Assembly (NCBI RefSeq): GCF_009914755.1
Contig: NC_060945.1
DNA length: 64,000 nucleotides
Origin: the human T2T-CHM13v2.0 reference genome, Homo sapiens
Direction: 5' to 3' (one strand)
In this document: piece by piece, positions 15,267 to 30,889 of the stretch
Layout: every line of letters starts with the position of its first letter
How positions within the stretch are numbered: the stretch's first letter is position 1
Made by a program: the position numbers and the translations under genes
Notes under the pieces: model-generated
Told to the model about the DNA's origin: nothing
Database searches by the model: none
What the model saw: the letters and a program-made list of their open reading frames with translations, nothing else

Positions 15267-15301
<35 letters not shown>

Positions 15302-15328
15302 GCATATGCCTTAGAATAAGATTCTCTG

Positions 15329-15378
<50 letters not shown>

Positions 15379-15563
15379 CATGAGCATACCTCAAGACATG
15401 AGAACACACAGTGAAAAGACCACCATCTTCAAGCCAGGAAGACACCCACTACCAAAATCAAGTCATATTGGCACCCTGATTTTTGAAACTTCCAGTCTTC
15501 AAAACTGAGAGAAGATAAATTTCTGTTTAAGCCACCCAGTTTATGGCAGTCTGAGCTAAGACA
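14977..15563 (+). mobile_element. MLT1A/B-type solo LTR with internal compound microsatellite
   Basis: tgctatg...ccttataagaaga...aaatttctgtttaagccacccag...ctaagaca. Confidence 0.8.
15170..15378. repeat. Compound (CT)n/(CA)n microsatellite with two (CA)n tracts
   Basis: Seen directly. Confidence 0.95.
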
Positions 15564-17316
15564 GGCATCCATATTGGTTCATCAATCGTAATAAGTGTAG
15601 ATCAATGACAGCTATTAATAACAGATGAAACTACAGACCTGGGGAGAGAGAGCATATGGCAGTCTTCTGTACTCTCTTCAATTTTTCTGGAAACCTAAAA
15701 TGTCTAAGAAATGCAGTCCATTAACTTCAAAAATAAAATAAACAAAGAAACCCCCCACAAACACAAACATTTTTCCATGCCTCCATCAATCAGTCCTTTA
15801 GCTGCCAAGTTACTTGACAGAGGCAGAAAATTCTTTCAAAGCAAATGTTGAACTAGTTAAGAAGCCACAGATTTAAGCCTTTTTTCCACCAATTAGATTA
15901 GTATGACTTTGGGATATTCATCAAATCTCTTCAGCCTTCAATTTCTTAAACTATAAGTTATGATGTAATGAATTTATTTAAAAAAATACTTATCTTTTTG
16001 ATCTCACTGTATTTTTACTTTTTGCATTTTTATATGATTAAAGGAATATTTTTAGCTTGGGAGCTACAAGATTAGTTTACCAAAACATAAATAGTAAATT
16101 CATCTTTTCAAAGTGATGCAAAATCAGTGCCCTTGTTATTAGGGCTAATTGTTTTGGAATTTGTGATTGTGCGTGTGTGTGTGTGTCTGTGTGTGAGAGA
16201 GAGAGAGAGGAGAGAGAGACGGAGAATTTTCAAATTTGAGTTGTGACTAAAAAGTTCATAGTTTTAATAATATGGGGTTTTGACAAATTTTAAAATGTGA
16301 TGAAATGTGAGTTATCAAAACTGTAATTACTGAAATGAAATAAAGGCATATTATCTGTTACTAGAAAACTATTTGGTGGTATGAACAGTTATGCTTCTTC
16401 TCACTTCTTACTATGAATTCAATGAAATTATTTGCTTTTAAATCATTTTTTATAAAAATAACGGTTGAGATTTAAGATGAAAAGATATAATAACTATGGG
16501 AGAGACTTAAACATTTGTAGTTTGCATCAACATAGACAGATATTATGCATACTACAAGCGAAGTATTTCTCCTCTTTTCATCCATTTTAGTGGTTGTTTA
16601 GCATTACATTTATTAACTTCTGACTTGATCAACCTAAAATAATCTGAAAAGACACAAAGTAGTCGTAAAAATATTTTGAGACCCAAATTATATGTGATTT
16701 CCACTAGGAATAGCCTATTCCAGCCTTCGAGAATCACTATAGATCATTGTGTTCAGACTTCCTCTTGAGTAAATTTGAGGCTACTACCTCTGTAATTGAA
16801 AAATTTTAAGCACGTATTTTAATTACCATTCTGTCATTAGGTACATGTGGTACTATTCCAGATTCAATCATTACATGACTTGCTACTCATGCTGTTGTTG
16901 AGCTTATGAAGAGATTAATGTAATAACTTGTCTGTGCTTTCTCTGAATTAATTTAGAATGTGCCTCATTCTCTTCCTTCTGTTTGATTGAAAATTAGCAA
17001 GAAACAGTCTAATGCAGTGTTTATAAAAGAGTAGATTTGGGGACTGCTTGCTCTAGATTTATTAAAATGCTTCAGGTTCAGCTGGTTTCAGATGGAGGAG
17101 CTGGGAGTCTTCAAAAACCCCTCAGTGTTTGTTATGCATAGTAAAATTTGGAAATTCTAATTTATAGAAAGAAAAAATTTATGTCGATTTTTCTCTTTCC
17201 AGATTACCCTTTGAAAAAAGTAGCATATTCAATAATCTGGCATCTGTTTATTCAAGACATATTTAATGAATATTTTCCATATTTCAGAAATCGCTGCATA
17301 AACGTAAAGAAAAATT

Positions 17317-17620
17317 GCCAGGCACAGTGGCTCACACCTGTAATCCCAACACTTTGAGAGGTTGAGAGAGGAGGATAACTTGAGTCCAGGTGTTTAAGAC
17401 AAGCCTGGGCAACATGGTAAGATCCCATCTCCACAAAAAAAACTTAAAATTAGCTGGGCATGGTGGCACCGACCTGTTGTCCCAGCTACTTGGGAGGCTG
17501 AGGCAGAAGGATCACTGGAGCCCAGAAGGTTGAGGCTGTGGTAAGCTAAAATTGTGCCACTGTACTCCAAACTGGGCGACAGATAAGAACCTGTAACCTA
17601 GTAAATAAATAAGTAAATGA
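17317..17620 (+). mobile_element. AluJ
   Basis: Diverged dimer with J-type gaggataacttgagtccagg; flanks aaagaaaaatt / aaagaataatt resemble a TSD. Confidence 0.9.
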
Positions 17621-17869
17621 AAAGAATAATTGAATCAGAACACTACCTATGGAAAATTCACAGACCAATACATTCTATAAGTAAACACCAACAGAATGGC
17701 TAACTTTCTTCGGCAAACAACAAAAAAGACATTTTTCTAATGCAAGATTAGAATGTAATCCTTGGAAAGGATTTTTATTCAAATATTACCCTTCTTAGAA
17801 TTTTGTCATATTTGAATCAAAATCCTCTCCAAGGATTACAACATCAGAAATTATTTTAGAATGTTTCAG

Positions 17870-18060
17870 ATACTGTGTATAGCATACGTTATCTGTCATT
17901 CAATCCATAAGATATCAAAATGAAGTAAATAACATTAGTTTTGCTTTCATTTTATAGGTGAGAGTGTGGAGAGGTTAAATGCTCCATTCAATGCTGTACA
18001 GCTTGTAAGTTTACTGCCATAATTTGAACCAAGACCGGTTGCTGCTGTCTTTGAGCTATT
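17870..18060 (-). mobile_element. MIR
   Basis: cattttataggtgag...gaggttaaat...atttgaacc. Confidence 0.6.
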
Positions 18061-18649
18061 CTGTCTCCCCTCTAAAAAGGCAGAAAACCTCCTGTAAAAA
18101 AAGGGAAGACTGTTCTAAAATTTCTAAATTGCATTTAACTACACAGAATCTTTAGGCTCTTCTAGGAATTACGACAAAATGCCAAAGAAAAGCTGGAAAT
18201 TGTAAATAAACCATGCTGAGCTTAGGGACAGGTCGTGAGATAAGTAATAAATTCTTATTTAAAGTCTAATTTTGACACACACTTACCTTATACTCTTCGT
18301 ATCATCCCCTGCAATCCACCTCACCATTACAAGAGAATGGACTGTCTCTTGCGGAGTCATAATATGAAACTTCCCTATGCTATGGAGCCTCCCAAAGGTC
18401 TATTCAGGAAAGGTTGTTATGCTTTTGAAAGCAAGCAAACACATCTTAAGGGAGTATAGAAAGTTTGGTGTTAATGAATTTAGTCACTATTTAAAAATAT
18501 ACATTTTTTTCTTAATCAATTATTTTGGCCAGGCATGGTAAGAAGCATAGCTAAACAGCATTTTGAGCAAAGCAAACAGGGGACCTACCCTGAAGGAGCT
18601 TAAATATAGTTAAAGGAGAAAGATAATAAACAAAATAGAGAAAAATAAT

Positions 18650-19012
18650 TGTATTTAGTCTGTTCTTGCACTGCAAATAAAGGCATGCCCCAGACTAGGT
18701 AATTCATAAAGGAAAGAGGTTTAATTGACTCACAGTTCCACGCAGCTGGAGAGGCCTCACAATCATGGCAGAAGAGCAAGGGACATCTTACATTGTGGGA
18801 GAAGGGAGAAGGATGAGGGCCCAGTGAAGGGTGAAGCCCTTTATAAAACCATCAGATTTCGTGAGAACTAACTCACTATCACAAGAACAAGATGAGGGAA
18901 ACCGCCTCCATGATTCAATTATGTCTACTTGGTCCTTCCCACCACACTGGGAATTATGGGAACTACAATTCAAGGCGAGATTTGGTTGGGAACACAGAGC
19001 CAAACTGTATCA
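18650..19012 (-). mobile_element. THE1 (C/D-like) solo LTR inserted in an L2 remnant
   Basis: tgtatttagtctgttc...ccaaactgtatca; exact TSD ATAAT at 18645-18649 and 19013-19017. Confidence 0.92.
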
Positions 19013-19323
19013 ATAATACAAATAAAAACTGAAATAACAAACCAGATGATCCAATAGAGGAACGTGGTCAGGAAAAACAAGCCTGGCAGACAGATATAAG
19101 CTGAAGCCTGAAGGTAAGAAGAAACCACACAGGCAGGAAGGAAAACAAATAACAGACCATGTCAGGAAGAAAACAAACTAAACAAAGTTGATGAGGGTTG
19201 GAAAGATCTTGGGCTTTCTAACAATTGGTAGGTGGCAGATTTGCTGTCTTGTAGCATGATCAGGAAATAATGATGTAGAATGTAGTTGACATGAATGAAT
19301 GGAAAACATTCTTCATTGGAACC

Positions 19324-19743
19324 TATGATGGTTAATTTTATGAGTTAACGTGACAAGTACATAGTACCCAGATATTTGGTTAAGCATTATTCTCAATATT
19401 TCTGTGAAGGTATTTTTGAAATAAAATTAATATTTAAAGCAGTAGACTTTTTAAGTAAAGTACATTCTCCTTCATAATGTAGGTCGGCCATATTCAATTA
19501 GTTGAAAGCCTTAACAGAAAAAGACTGAACTCTGCAGAATAACAGGGAATTCTGTCAGCAAATTGCCTTCAGACTTAAACTGCAACTCTCTCTTGGGTCT
19601 GTAGCCTGCAGGCCTAATTTGCAAATTTTGAACTTGCCAGCCTCCACAATCATGTGAGCTAAATTCCTAAAATAAATTTCTCTATCTATTTATCTATCTA
19701 CATCCTGATGTTTCCGTGTCTCTGAAGAACCCTGACAAATACA
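19324..19743 (+). mobile_element. MLT2 (ERVL) solo LTR
   Basis: gatggttaattttatg...gtacccagatatttgg...ctctgaagaaccctgacaaataca. Confidence 0.85.
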
Positions 19744-19974
19744 AAATCTCTAAAGATAACCTGAAATTTGAATAATAGCAAAGTGCACGTAGATCCTTCC
19801 ACTGGAAAGAGGTGAGATGGCTCTGGGACATAGTACAGGATCTGGGAGGCATGTTGACCAAGACTCACAGAAGATGGGACTGATTTTTTTGGACTTTGAG
19901 TTATGAAAATGGCTACATTTTTTGAAACTTACTATTTATTTACAATTCTATGATTCATTTCTTTTATGCCTCAA

Positions 19975-20339
19975 TGATATGGTTTAGCTTTTTGTCCCCA
20001 TCCAAATCTCATCCCCAAATTTAATCCCCACCTGTCGAGGGAGAGACCTGGTGGGAGGGGATTGGATAATAGAATCAGGCTTCCCCCTTGCTGTTCTCAT
20101 GACAGTGAGGGAATTCTCACAAGATTTGATGGTTTAGAAGTGTGGCACTTTCGCCCGCACTCCTGTTGCTGCCATGTAAGACATGCCTTGCTTCCCCTTC
20201 ACCTTCTGCCGTGATTGTAAGTTTTCTGAGGCTTCCTCAGCCATGTGGAACTGTAAGTCAATTTTATTAAACCTCTTTTTTAAATAAATTACCTAGTCTT
20301 GGACAGTACTTCATAGCAGTGTGAGAACTGACTAATACA
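19975..20339 (+). mobile_element. THE1D-like solo LTR
   Basis: tgatatggttt...actaataca; TSD ctcaa/ctaaa with one mismatch. Confidence 0.88.
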
Positions 20340-20749
20340 CTAAATTTTAATACATTATTATTTAAAGTCTAATTTTGACACATACATCCACATAAAACAG
20401 AAAAAAAAGTCTAATTTCTTTTATCACTTAAGACATTAAGAAAAATTTATGTGCTATGTTTACAAAGATAGTACTTGGAAGGAGAAGAGCAGCCCAAAGA
20501 GTGTTGATTGTAGCACCGTCCAATAGATAGAGCTGAAAACAGCTGTCTGGATCATAAAGCAAGAGAATAAAAAGTAGGACTGAGATAGCAGATTTTTTTA
20601 TATATGTGAACATTACCTGAGGATTCCAGAAGTACCTGGAGGTGAAGGAATTTCACAAATACTAAGCTACCAGTAGAAAAACTGAATGGTCTCTCAAGCC
20701 ATCGTACTTTGTCATTAGAAAGAAATAAGAGTTCTGGTATCTGATCTAG

Positions 20750-23120
<2,371 letters not shown>

Positions 23121-23126
23121 ATATAG

Positions 23127-23432
23127 GGCCTGGTGCAGTGGCTCACTCATGCCTGTAAACCCAGAAATTTGGGAGGCTGAGGCAGGTAGATCACTTGTGG
23201 CCAGAAGTTTGAGACCAGCTTGGGCAACATAGTAAGCCCCTGACCCTAAAAGAAAAATTTAAAAAGTAGCTGGGCATTGTAACATGGACCTGTTGTCTTA
23301 GCTTCTTGGGAGGCTGAGGTGAGAGGATTGTTTGAGAAGTTTGAGGCTGTGGTGAGTCATGATTGTGCCACCGTACTCTGGCTTGGGCAACAGAGTGAGA
23401 CCCTGTCTCAAAAAAATAATAAATAAATAAAA
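23127..23432 (+). mobile_element. AluJ
   Basis: Diverged dimer with J-type right arm. Confidence 0.88.
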
Positions 23433-23579
23433 ATGTTTTACCATCCCAATTAAAATCAGAGTTTGCCAGATTGAATAAAATAGTATATCCCAAATAATTA
23501 ATTAATTAATTAAAATGGTTTACCATCCCAACTAAAATCAGAGTTTGCTGCATATAAAAGAATTCACTTTGGAGTAGAA

Positions 23580-26500
23580 TGGTTGACATCAGATAAAATG
23601 GAGGAATAAGAAATTTACAACTTTACTCCTTTATATAAGTAACGGAAACACTGGCCAAATGATTGGAATCATCTTTTTTTCTTTTTTTGAAATCTGGATA
23701 CTAACCAAAGGCTTGCCGTAAGCTAGGGAGTGCTTATTCAAGGAAAACAGCTGAATGTCAGTAAACACGGTGAGCTGTGCAGTGTTTTAACTTAACCTAC
23801 TTTTGTCCTCTGTTCCCTAGTTCGGCAGTAGCTGTGAAAATAAGAGCTCACATTTCCAATACTAGAGGGAGCAGACAGATCTCATTTGCAAATGTTTGTA
23901 AACATTTTTTTGACCAGTTTAGTCACCCCTTGGAAGGCCAACTCAAATTCTTAACAATATTTCGCCTTGCTTAGAACCAGGTCAGTGCTAAAGCTGCTTC
24001 CAAGGGTATTTGTCAAACACATTTACAGAGTAATGTTTTAGTCACTGCTTCCAGAAATAACGGATAACAATTGAGACAACTAAAGGACTAACGAGATATT
24101 CCCAACACACAGAGAGAACTCCTCAGCAAAGACTAGAAGAGTTTTTGATTCCAAGTGTTTAAGGAAATCCTGTCCAAACATTAGCTGATCACTAAGCTAA
24201 TGGAACAGAGACTTCAGTGACCAGAACAACAAAGAATACAGACTTTACAGAATTAGTTCAGAAGAGTCAATAAACAAATAAGCAAAAACAGCTATATGGA
24301 CCAACAACAATAGTGAAGCAACAAGCATGTGTCTCATTCCCAGAGCGGCCACAATATAATATTTTAAATTTTCAGTTTTCAAGAGAAAAGAAGTGTGCAA
24401 AATAACAAGAAAATATGTCCCATATACAGATGAGTAAAAGCCATCAATAAAAACTATATTTGAGGAAGCCCAGATATAGGAATTTCCAGAAAAATACTTT
24501 AAAACAGCTATTTTAAATATGTCCAAAAAGCTAAAGAAAGTCATCTCTAAAGGAATAAATGTATGTGAATCATATCTCACCAAATAGGGAATAACAATAA
24601 AGATATAGAAATAGTTTAAGTGAACTAAATATAAAGGTTAAACCTTTGAAGTACAATAACTGAAATTAAAAATTCAATAAGGGGTTCAATGGTAGATTTG
24701 AGCAGGCGGAAGAAAGAATCAGCAAACTGAAGATAGGACAAACAAGATTATTCAGTCTGAGAGAGAAAATGTAATGAAGAAAATGAACAGAGCCTCAGAG
24801 AGTTTGATGGGATACCATTAAGCATATCAACATGCACATAAAGAGAATCCCAGAAGGAAAGGAGAGAGAAAGAAGAAAAAACTATTTACAGAAATTACCC
24901 AAACTTTCCATATTTGATGGAAAATATTAACATTGCCTGCACATCTGGCAAACCTAAACCAGCAGTACACAGAAAGAATTTTACACTATTACCAAATGGG
25001 ACTTATCACAGAAATGCATACTTGTTTCACCATAGAAAATTCATCAATTTTAAATACATGTTAATAGAATAAAGGAAAAATATTTCAATAGATGCAAAAA
25101 AATTTGACAAGATTCAATATGTATTCATATCAAATACACTCAACAAACTAAGATTAGAAGGTAACTTCCTCAATCTGATACAGGGCATCTGCAAAAAAAC
25201 CTCACAGATAACATTATAGGTAATGGTGAAATATGGAAAGCTTTTCAGCTAAGATCAAGAACAAGACAGATGTCTGCTGTTGCCCCTTCTATTCAGTATT
25301 GTACTACCTGTTCTAGCCAAGTCCAGATTAGAAAGGAAGAAGCAAAAGTATTTGTAGATGACATGACCATAAGGAATACACACACACACACACACACGCA
25401 CACACATACACACCCCTCACATAAAACTATTAATATTAAAGCTAATAAATGATTTCAGCAAATTTGCAAGATTCAAGATCAACATCCAGAATTAGTTGCA
25501 TTCCCCTATGATGAGCACTGAACAATGTGAAAATAAAATTAAGAAAAGAAGTCCATTTATAATAGCATCAAAGGGAATAAAATCCTTAAGAATAAATTAA
25601 CCAAAAAAATAAGACTTATATACCGAGAGCTATGAAACATTATTTAAATAAATTAAAGATCTAAATAAATGAAAAGATGTTCCAGATTTATGGTTTGGAA
25701 AATGATATTGTTAAAGGCACTGTATTTCCCAAGTTGATCTAGAGATTTAATACAATCCCTAACAAAGTTCTAACTTCTTTTTCTTTTGCAGATATGATAT
25801 GGATGAGCTAATTCTAAAATTAATTTGAAAATCCAGCAAACCCTGAATAGCCAAAATAATATTGGGAAAAAAGAGCAAATTTGGAAGAGTCCTACATTTC
25901 AATTTTAAAACTTACTATAAAGCTACAGCAGTTAAGGCAGTATGATACTGACATAAGGAATAGAATAGAGAACCTAGAAATAAATTCTCCCATCTGTGGT
26001 CAATTGATTTTCAATAAAGTTTCCAAGACCATTCAATGTGGAAGGAATAGTCTTATGACTGGATCAATTACACACATATATGCAAATTAAACCCATTTTT
26101 TAAAAGATACCTGATACGCTTTGGCTATTTCCCGACCCAAATCTCTTCTTGAATTGTTGCTCCCACAATTCCCACAAGTTATGGGAGAAACCCTGTGAGA
26201 GATAATTGAATCATGGAGGTGGTTTTCCTCATACTGTTCTCATGGTAGTGAATAAGTCTCATGAGATCTGATGGTTTTATAAGAAGTTTCCCCTTTTGCT
26301 TGGCCCTCAGTCTTACTGCCACCAAGTAAGACATGGCTTTTGCCTTCCACCATGATCATGAGAACTCCCCAGCCACATGGAACTGTGAGTTCATTAAACC
26401 TCTTTTACTTTATGAAGATCCCAGTGTCAGATATGTCTTTCTCAGCAGCATGAAAACAAACTAATACAATAAATTGGTACCAGATAATGGGGTGCTGCTT

Positions 26501-29500
26501 GTAAAGATACCTGAAAATGTGGAAGTGACTTTGGAACTGGGTAACAGGAAGAGGCTGGAACAGTTTTAAGGGCTCAGAAGAAGACTGGAAAATGTGGGAA
26601 ACTTTGGAACTTCCTAGAGACTTGGAGGGCTCAGAAGACAAAAAGATCTGGAAAAGTTAGGAACTTCCCAGAGACTTGTTGAATGGCTTTTACCAAAATG
26701 CTGATTGTGATATGGACAATAAGGTCCAGGCTGAGGTGGTCTCAGATGGAGATGAGAAACTTATTGGGAACTAGAGTAAAGGTCACTCTTGCTATGCAAA
26801 GAGACTGGCAGCATTTTGCCCCTGCCCTAGAGATCTGTGGAACTTTGAAACTGAGCGTGATGATTTAGTGTATCTGGTGGAAGAAATTTCTAAGTGTCAA
26901 AGCATTTGAGAGGAAGCAGAGCATAAAAGTTTGGAAAACTTGCAGCCTAAAAATGTGATAAAAAAGAAAACCCCATTTTCTGGGGGGAAATTCAAGCCAG
27001 CTACAGAAATTTGCATGAGCAACAAGGAGCCAAATGTTAATCACCAAGACAATGGGGAAAATGTCTCCAGGGCATGGCAGAGACCTTTACAGCAGCCCCT
27101 CCCATCACAGGCCAGAGGCCTAGTAGAAAATATGGTTGTGTGGGCTGGGCCCCGGGCCCTCCTGCTATATGCAGCCTAGGCATTTTTGCCCTGCATCCCA
27201 CCTGCTGCAACCTTGGCTAACAGGGGTAAAGGTACAGCTCAGGCTGTGGCTGCAGAGGGTGCAAGCCTTAAGCCTTGACAGCTTCCATGTGGTGTTGAGC
27301 CTCTGAATGAGTAGAAGTCAAGAATTGAGGTTTGGGAAACTCTGCCTAGATTTCAGAGGATGAAATCTCTGAATGGAAATGGCTGGATATCCAGGGTGAA
27401 GTTTGCTGCAGGGTCAAGGCCCTCATGGAGTACCTCTGCTAGGGCAATGCAGAAGGGAAATGCGGGATTGGAGCCCCCACACAGAGTCCCTACTGGGGCA
27501 CGACCCAGTGGAGCTGTGAGAAGAGAGCCACTTTTCTCCAGACACCAGAATGGCAGATCCACTGACAGCTTGCACCATGCACCTGGAAAAGCCGCAGACA
27601 CCCAATGCCAGCCTGTGAAAGCATCCAGGAGGGGGCTGTTGCCTGCATAGCCACAGGGGCGGAGCTACCCAAGGCCATGGGACCCCAGTTCTTGCATCAG
27701 TGTGACCTGGATATGAGGCATGGAATCAAAGGTGATCATTTTGGAGCTTTAAGATTTGACTGCTCTGCTGGATTTCTGACTTGCATGGGGCCTGTAGCCC
27801 CTTCATTTTGGTCAGTTTCTCACATTTGAAACAACCGTATTTACTCAATGCCTGTACCCCCATTGTATCTAGGAAGTAACAAACTTGCTTTTGATTTTAC
27901 AGGCTCATAGGCAGAAGGGACTTGCCTGGTCTCAGATGAGACTTTGCACTGCGGACTTTTGAGTTAATGCTGAAATGCGTTAAAACTTTGGGGGATTGTT
28001 GAGAAGGCATGATTGGTTTTGAAATGTGAGGATGTGAGATTTGGGAGAGAGGGACCAGCAATGGAATGATATGGTTTGGCTGTGTCCCCACCTAAATCTC
28101 ATCTTGAATTATAGTTTTCATAATCCCCACATGTTGTGGGAGGGACCTGGTGAGAGATGATTGAATCATGGTGGCAGCTTCCCCCTTACTGTTCTCCTGG
28201 TAGTGACTAAGTCTCATGAGATCTGATGGTTTGATAAGGGATTTCTCCTTTTGCTTGGCTCTCATTCTTCCTGCCACCATGTAAAACGTGCCTTTCACCT
28301 TCTGCCATTATTGTGAGACCTCTCCTGCCAAGTGAAACTGTGAGTCCATTAAACCTTTTTTTCTCTATAAATTACCCAGTTTTGAGTATGTCTTTATCAG
28401 CAGTGTGAAAATGAACTAATACAATACCCAAAACGGAAAACATCTCAACCCATAGCTTGCACCATATAAAAACTTAACTCAAAATGAATGACCTAAATAT
28501 ACAAGCTAAAACTATAAACTCTTAGAATAAAACATAGGATATAATAAAAATACAAAAATAGCAATAATGAAACCTTTGTGACTTAGTTTAGACCATGATT
28601 TCTTAGAATTAATACAAATTCATGAATCAGAGAAAAAAATTGATTAATTTGAGTTCGTCAAAATTAAAATTTTCTGCTCTTCGAAAAATAGTTAAAAAAT
28701 ACAAGTTACACACTTCGTATACAGAATATGTAATGCATTTTTAAAATTCAACAATAACAATCCAATGTTTAAACATGGAGAAACATTTTGAGCAGATATT
28801 CCAATAAAGAAACTATCCTAATGGCAATAAGTACACAATAAAATGCACAATGCAATTAGTGATATGTAAATTAAAATCACTATAGGAAATCCCTTCACAA
28901 CTCTTAGAATTAATTGGGGAAAAAAACCTGGCAATACCACATGATGGCACGGATGTTGAGGGTAACTGGAATGCTCATACATTACTGGTAGGAATGCAAA
29001 ATGGCACAGCCAGCTTGAAAAAACAGTTTGGCAGTTTCTTATAATGTAAAAACATGTGTGTATATATATATATATATATTCACTATAAAACCCAGTAATC
29101 ACATTCCTAAGCACTTACCCAAAAGAAAGAACCAAAAACATATATCCACACAATAACCTGTATTTGAATATTCATAGCAGTAATATTTATGATCACCCAA
29201 CACTGGAAACAGCTTCCTAGGTTCATCAAATTTTTAATGAGTAAGCAAAATGTTATACAGGAATATACAATGGAAGCCTACTCACCAATAAAAAGGAACA
29301 AATCATTGATAAACACAAGATGAATGAATCTGTGATATTATACTGTGTGAATAAAAATCTCTCAAAATGTTACCTGATGTATGATTCGCATTAATGTATG
29401 AAACATTGTGTGAAATATAAAATTCTAGGAAAAGGTGAAAGTTTGGATGTGATCCAGGGGCTAGGGTTGGGGAAAATGATTCATTACACAGAGACACATA

Positions 29501-29660
29501 TAAACTTTTTGAAGTGATGGAAATCCCCTATATATTGTCTGCATTGGTGATGACACAACTATATGCATGTTTTTTTCAAATTGAATAGAACAGTATGCCT
29601 AAACTAGGTGACTCATATTGTATGTAAATCATGCTTCAGCAAACCTGACTAAAAATAAGT
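23580..29660 (+). mobile_element. Internally deleted old L1M (5' UTR, ORF1, ORF2, 3' UTR pieces) interrupted by THE1B
   Basis: ORF1-like agatttgagcaggcggaagaaagaatcagc, ORF2-like tcaatagatgcaaaaaaatttgacaagattcaa; L1 resumes after 28428. Confidence 0.75.
26112..28423 (+). mobile_element. Full-length THE1 (THE1B-like) MaLR: 5' LTR 26112-26468, internal 26469-28066, 3' LTR 28067-28423
   Basis: Two 357-bp LTRs, internal begins ataaattggtacc, exact TSD ATACC at 26107-26111 and 28424-28428. Confidence 0.95.
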
Positions 29661-29723
29661 ACCACTAAATAATTATTTTCACCACCACCACCACCACCAC
29701 CACCGAAACCACAGTAGGTCCTG

Positions 29724-30809
29724 TGTTACAGGTAGATAGACATGAGCGTGGCACGGGAGGGCTCTCCCCACCCACTGGAAACGTCGGGTGATGGTTCAGC
29801 AATTACTGCATTGCCTCTCTAAAAGTAATGCATTGGCAGCCAGCACCAAGGAGAGGCCATTTCCTGATGGTCCATACTTGTTAACATTAAAGTGTTAATT
29901 AAAGGTAGACACCACCCCCCACCCCCCCACCCCCCCCCCCCGAACACACACACACACACACGCCTCCCTGGAGTACCAACTTCCCTGGCACTCACATTAA
30001 GAGACAAAAATGGTGATGTATGATCTTCCGGGTACACTCCACCAGAAAAAGGAAGACAGCCTTAGAATGGCACTCGTGTAACTCCCTAAACACACTGTGG
30101 GTGCTTACTTCCCAAGGGTAAGGAGGGCTCTGTGCATGCGGGCAGCCCACCCTAAGCTAAGGGAAGAATCATGGAAAAGAGGAAAACCTCTCCTAAGATC
30201 GTGGTTAAACAGGGCACTTGACCTTCTCTCTCTTCTTTTTTAATCTCTTGCTCTTTTTTTTTTTTTTGAGACGGAGTCTCGCTCTTTCGCTCAGGCTGGA
30301 ATGCAGTAACCAATCTTGACTCACTGCAAGCTCCGCCTCCCGGGTTCACGCCATTCTCCCGCCTCAGCCTCCCGAGTACCTGGGACTACAGGTGCCCGCT
30401 ACCACGCCCAGCTAATTTTTTGTTGTTGTTGTATTTTTAGTAGAGACGGGGTTTCAACCGTGTTAGCCAGGATGGTCTCGATCTCCTGACCTCGTGATCT
30501 GCCCGCCTCGGCCTCCCAAAGTGCTGGGATTACAGGCATGAGCCACACCACGCCCGGCTCCCTTTTTTATCTCTTGGACGTTGGTGCCCACTCGGATCTC
30601 TTCCAAGCAAACTTTCCTTTCTTTCCTGTTCTAAAGTCTTTTTAATAAACTTCCATTCTTGCTCTGAAACTTGCCTCAGTCTCTTTTTCTGCTTTATGCC
30701 CCTCAGGGGAATTCTTTCTTCCGAGGAAGCAAGGGCTAAAGTTGCTGCAGACCCTCACGGACACACCGCAGGTCACTTGGGGTAACTCAGATTCCTGCCA
30801 ACAGTAACA
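29724..30809 (+). mobile_element. ERV1-class solo LTR (MER50/LTR9-like, subfamily uncertain) split by an AluY
   Basis: tgttacaggtag...gacatgagc start, aataaacttcc poly(A) signal, gtaaca end. Confidence 0.75.
30254..30559 (-). mobile_element. AluY
   Basis: CpG-rich reverse dimer with gcaagctccgcctcccgggttcacgccattc. Confidence 0.96.
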
Positions 30810-30889
30810 GTTCTTTTGTATTCACCTGTTGTCAAAGTAAGACGTGCTTATTCAAATCTTCACGTTTTTGAGGTTTATGCTCAGGTCAA

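Noticed and set aside
26570-26680. ~57-bp tandem duplication in the THE1 internal region
   Set aside because: As I recall, a common feature of THE1 internal sequences rather than locus-specific
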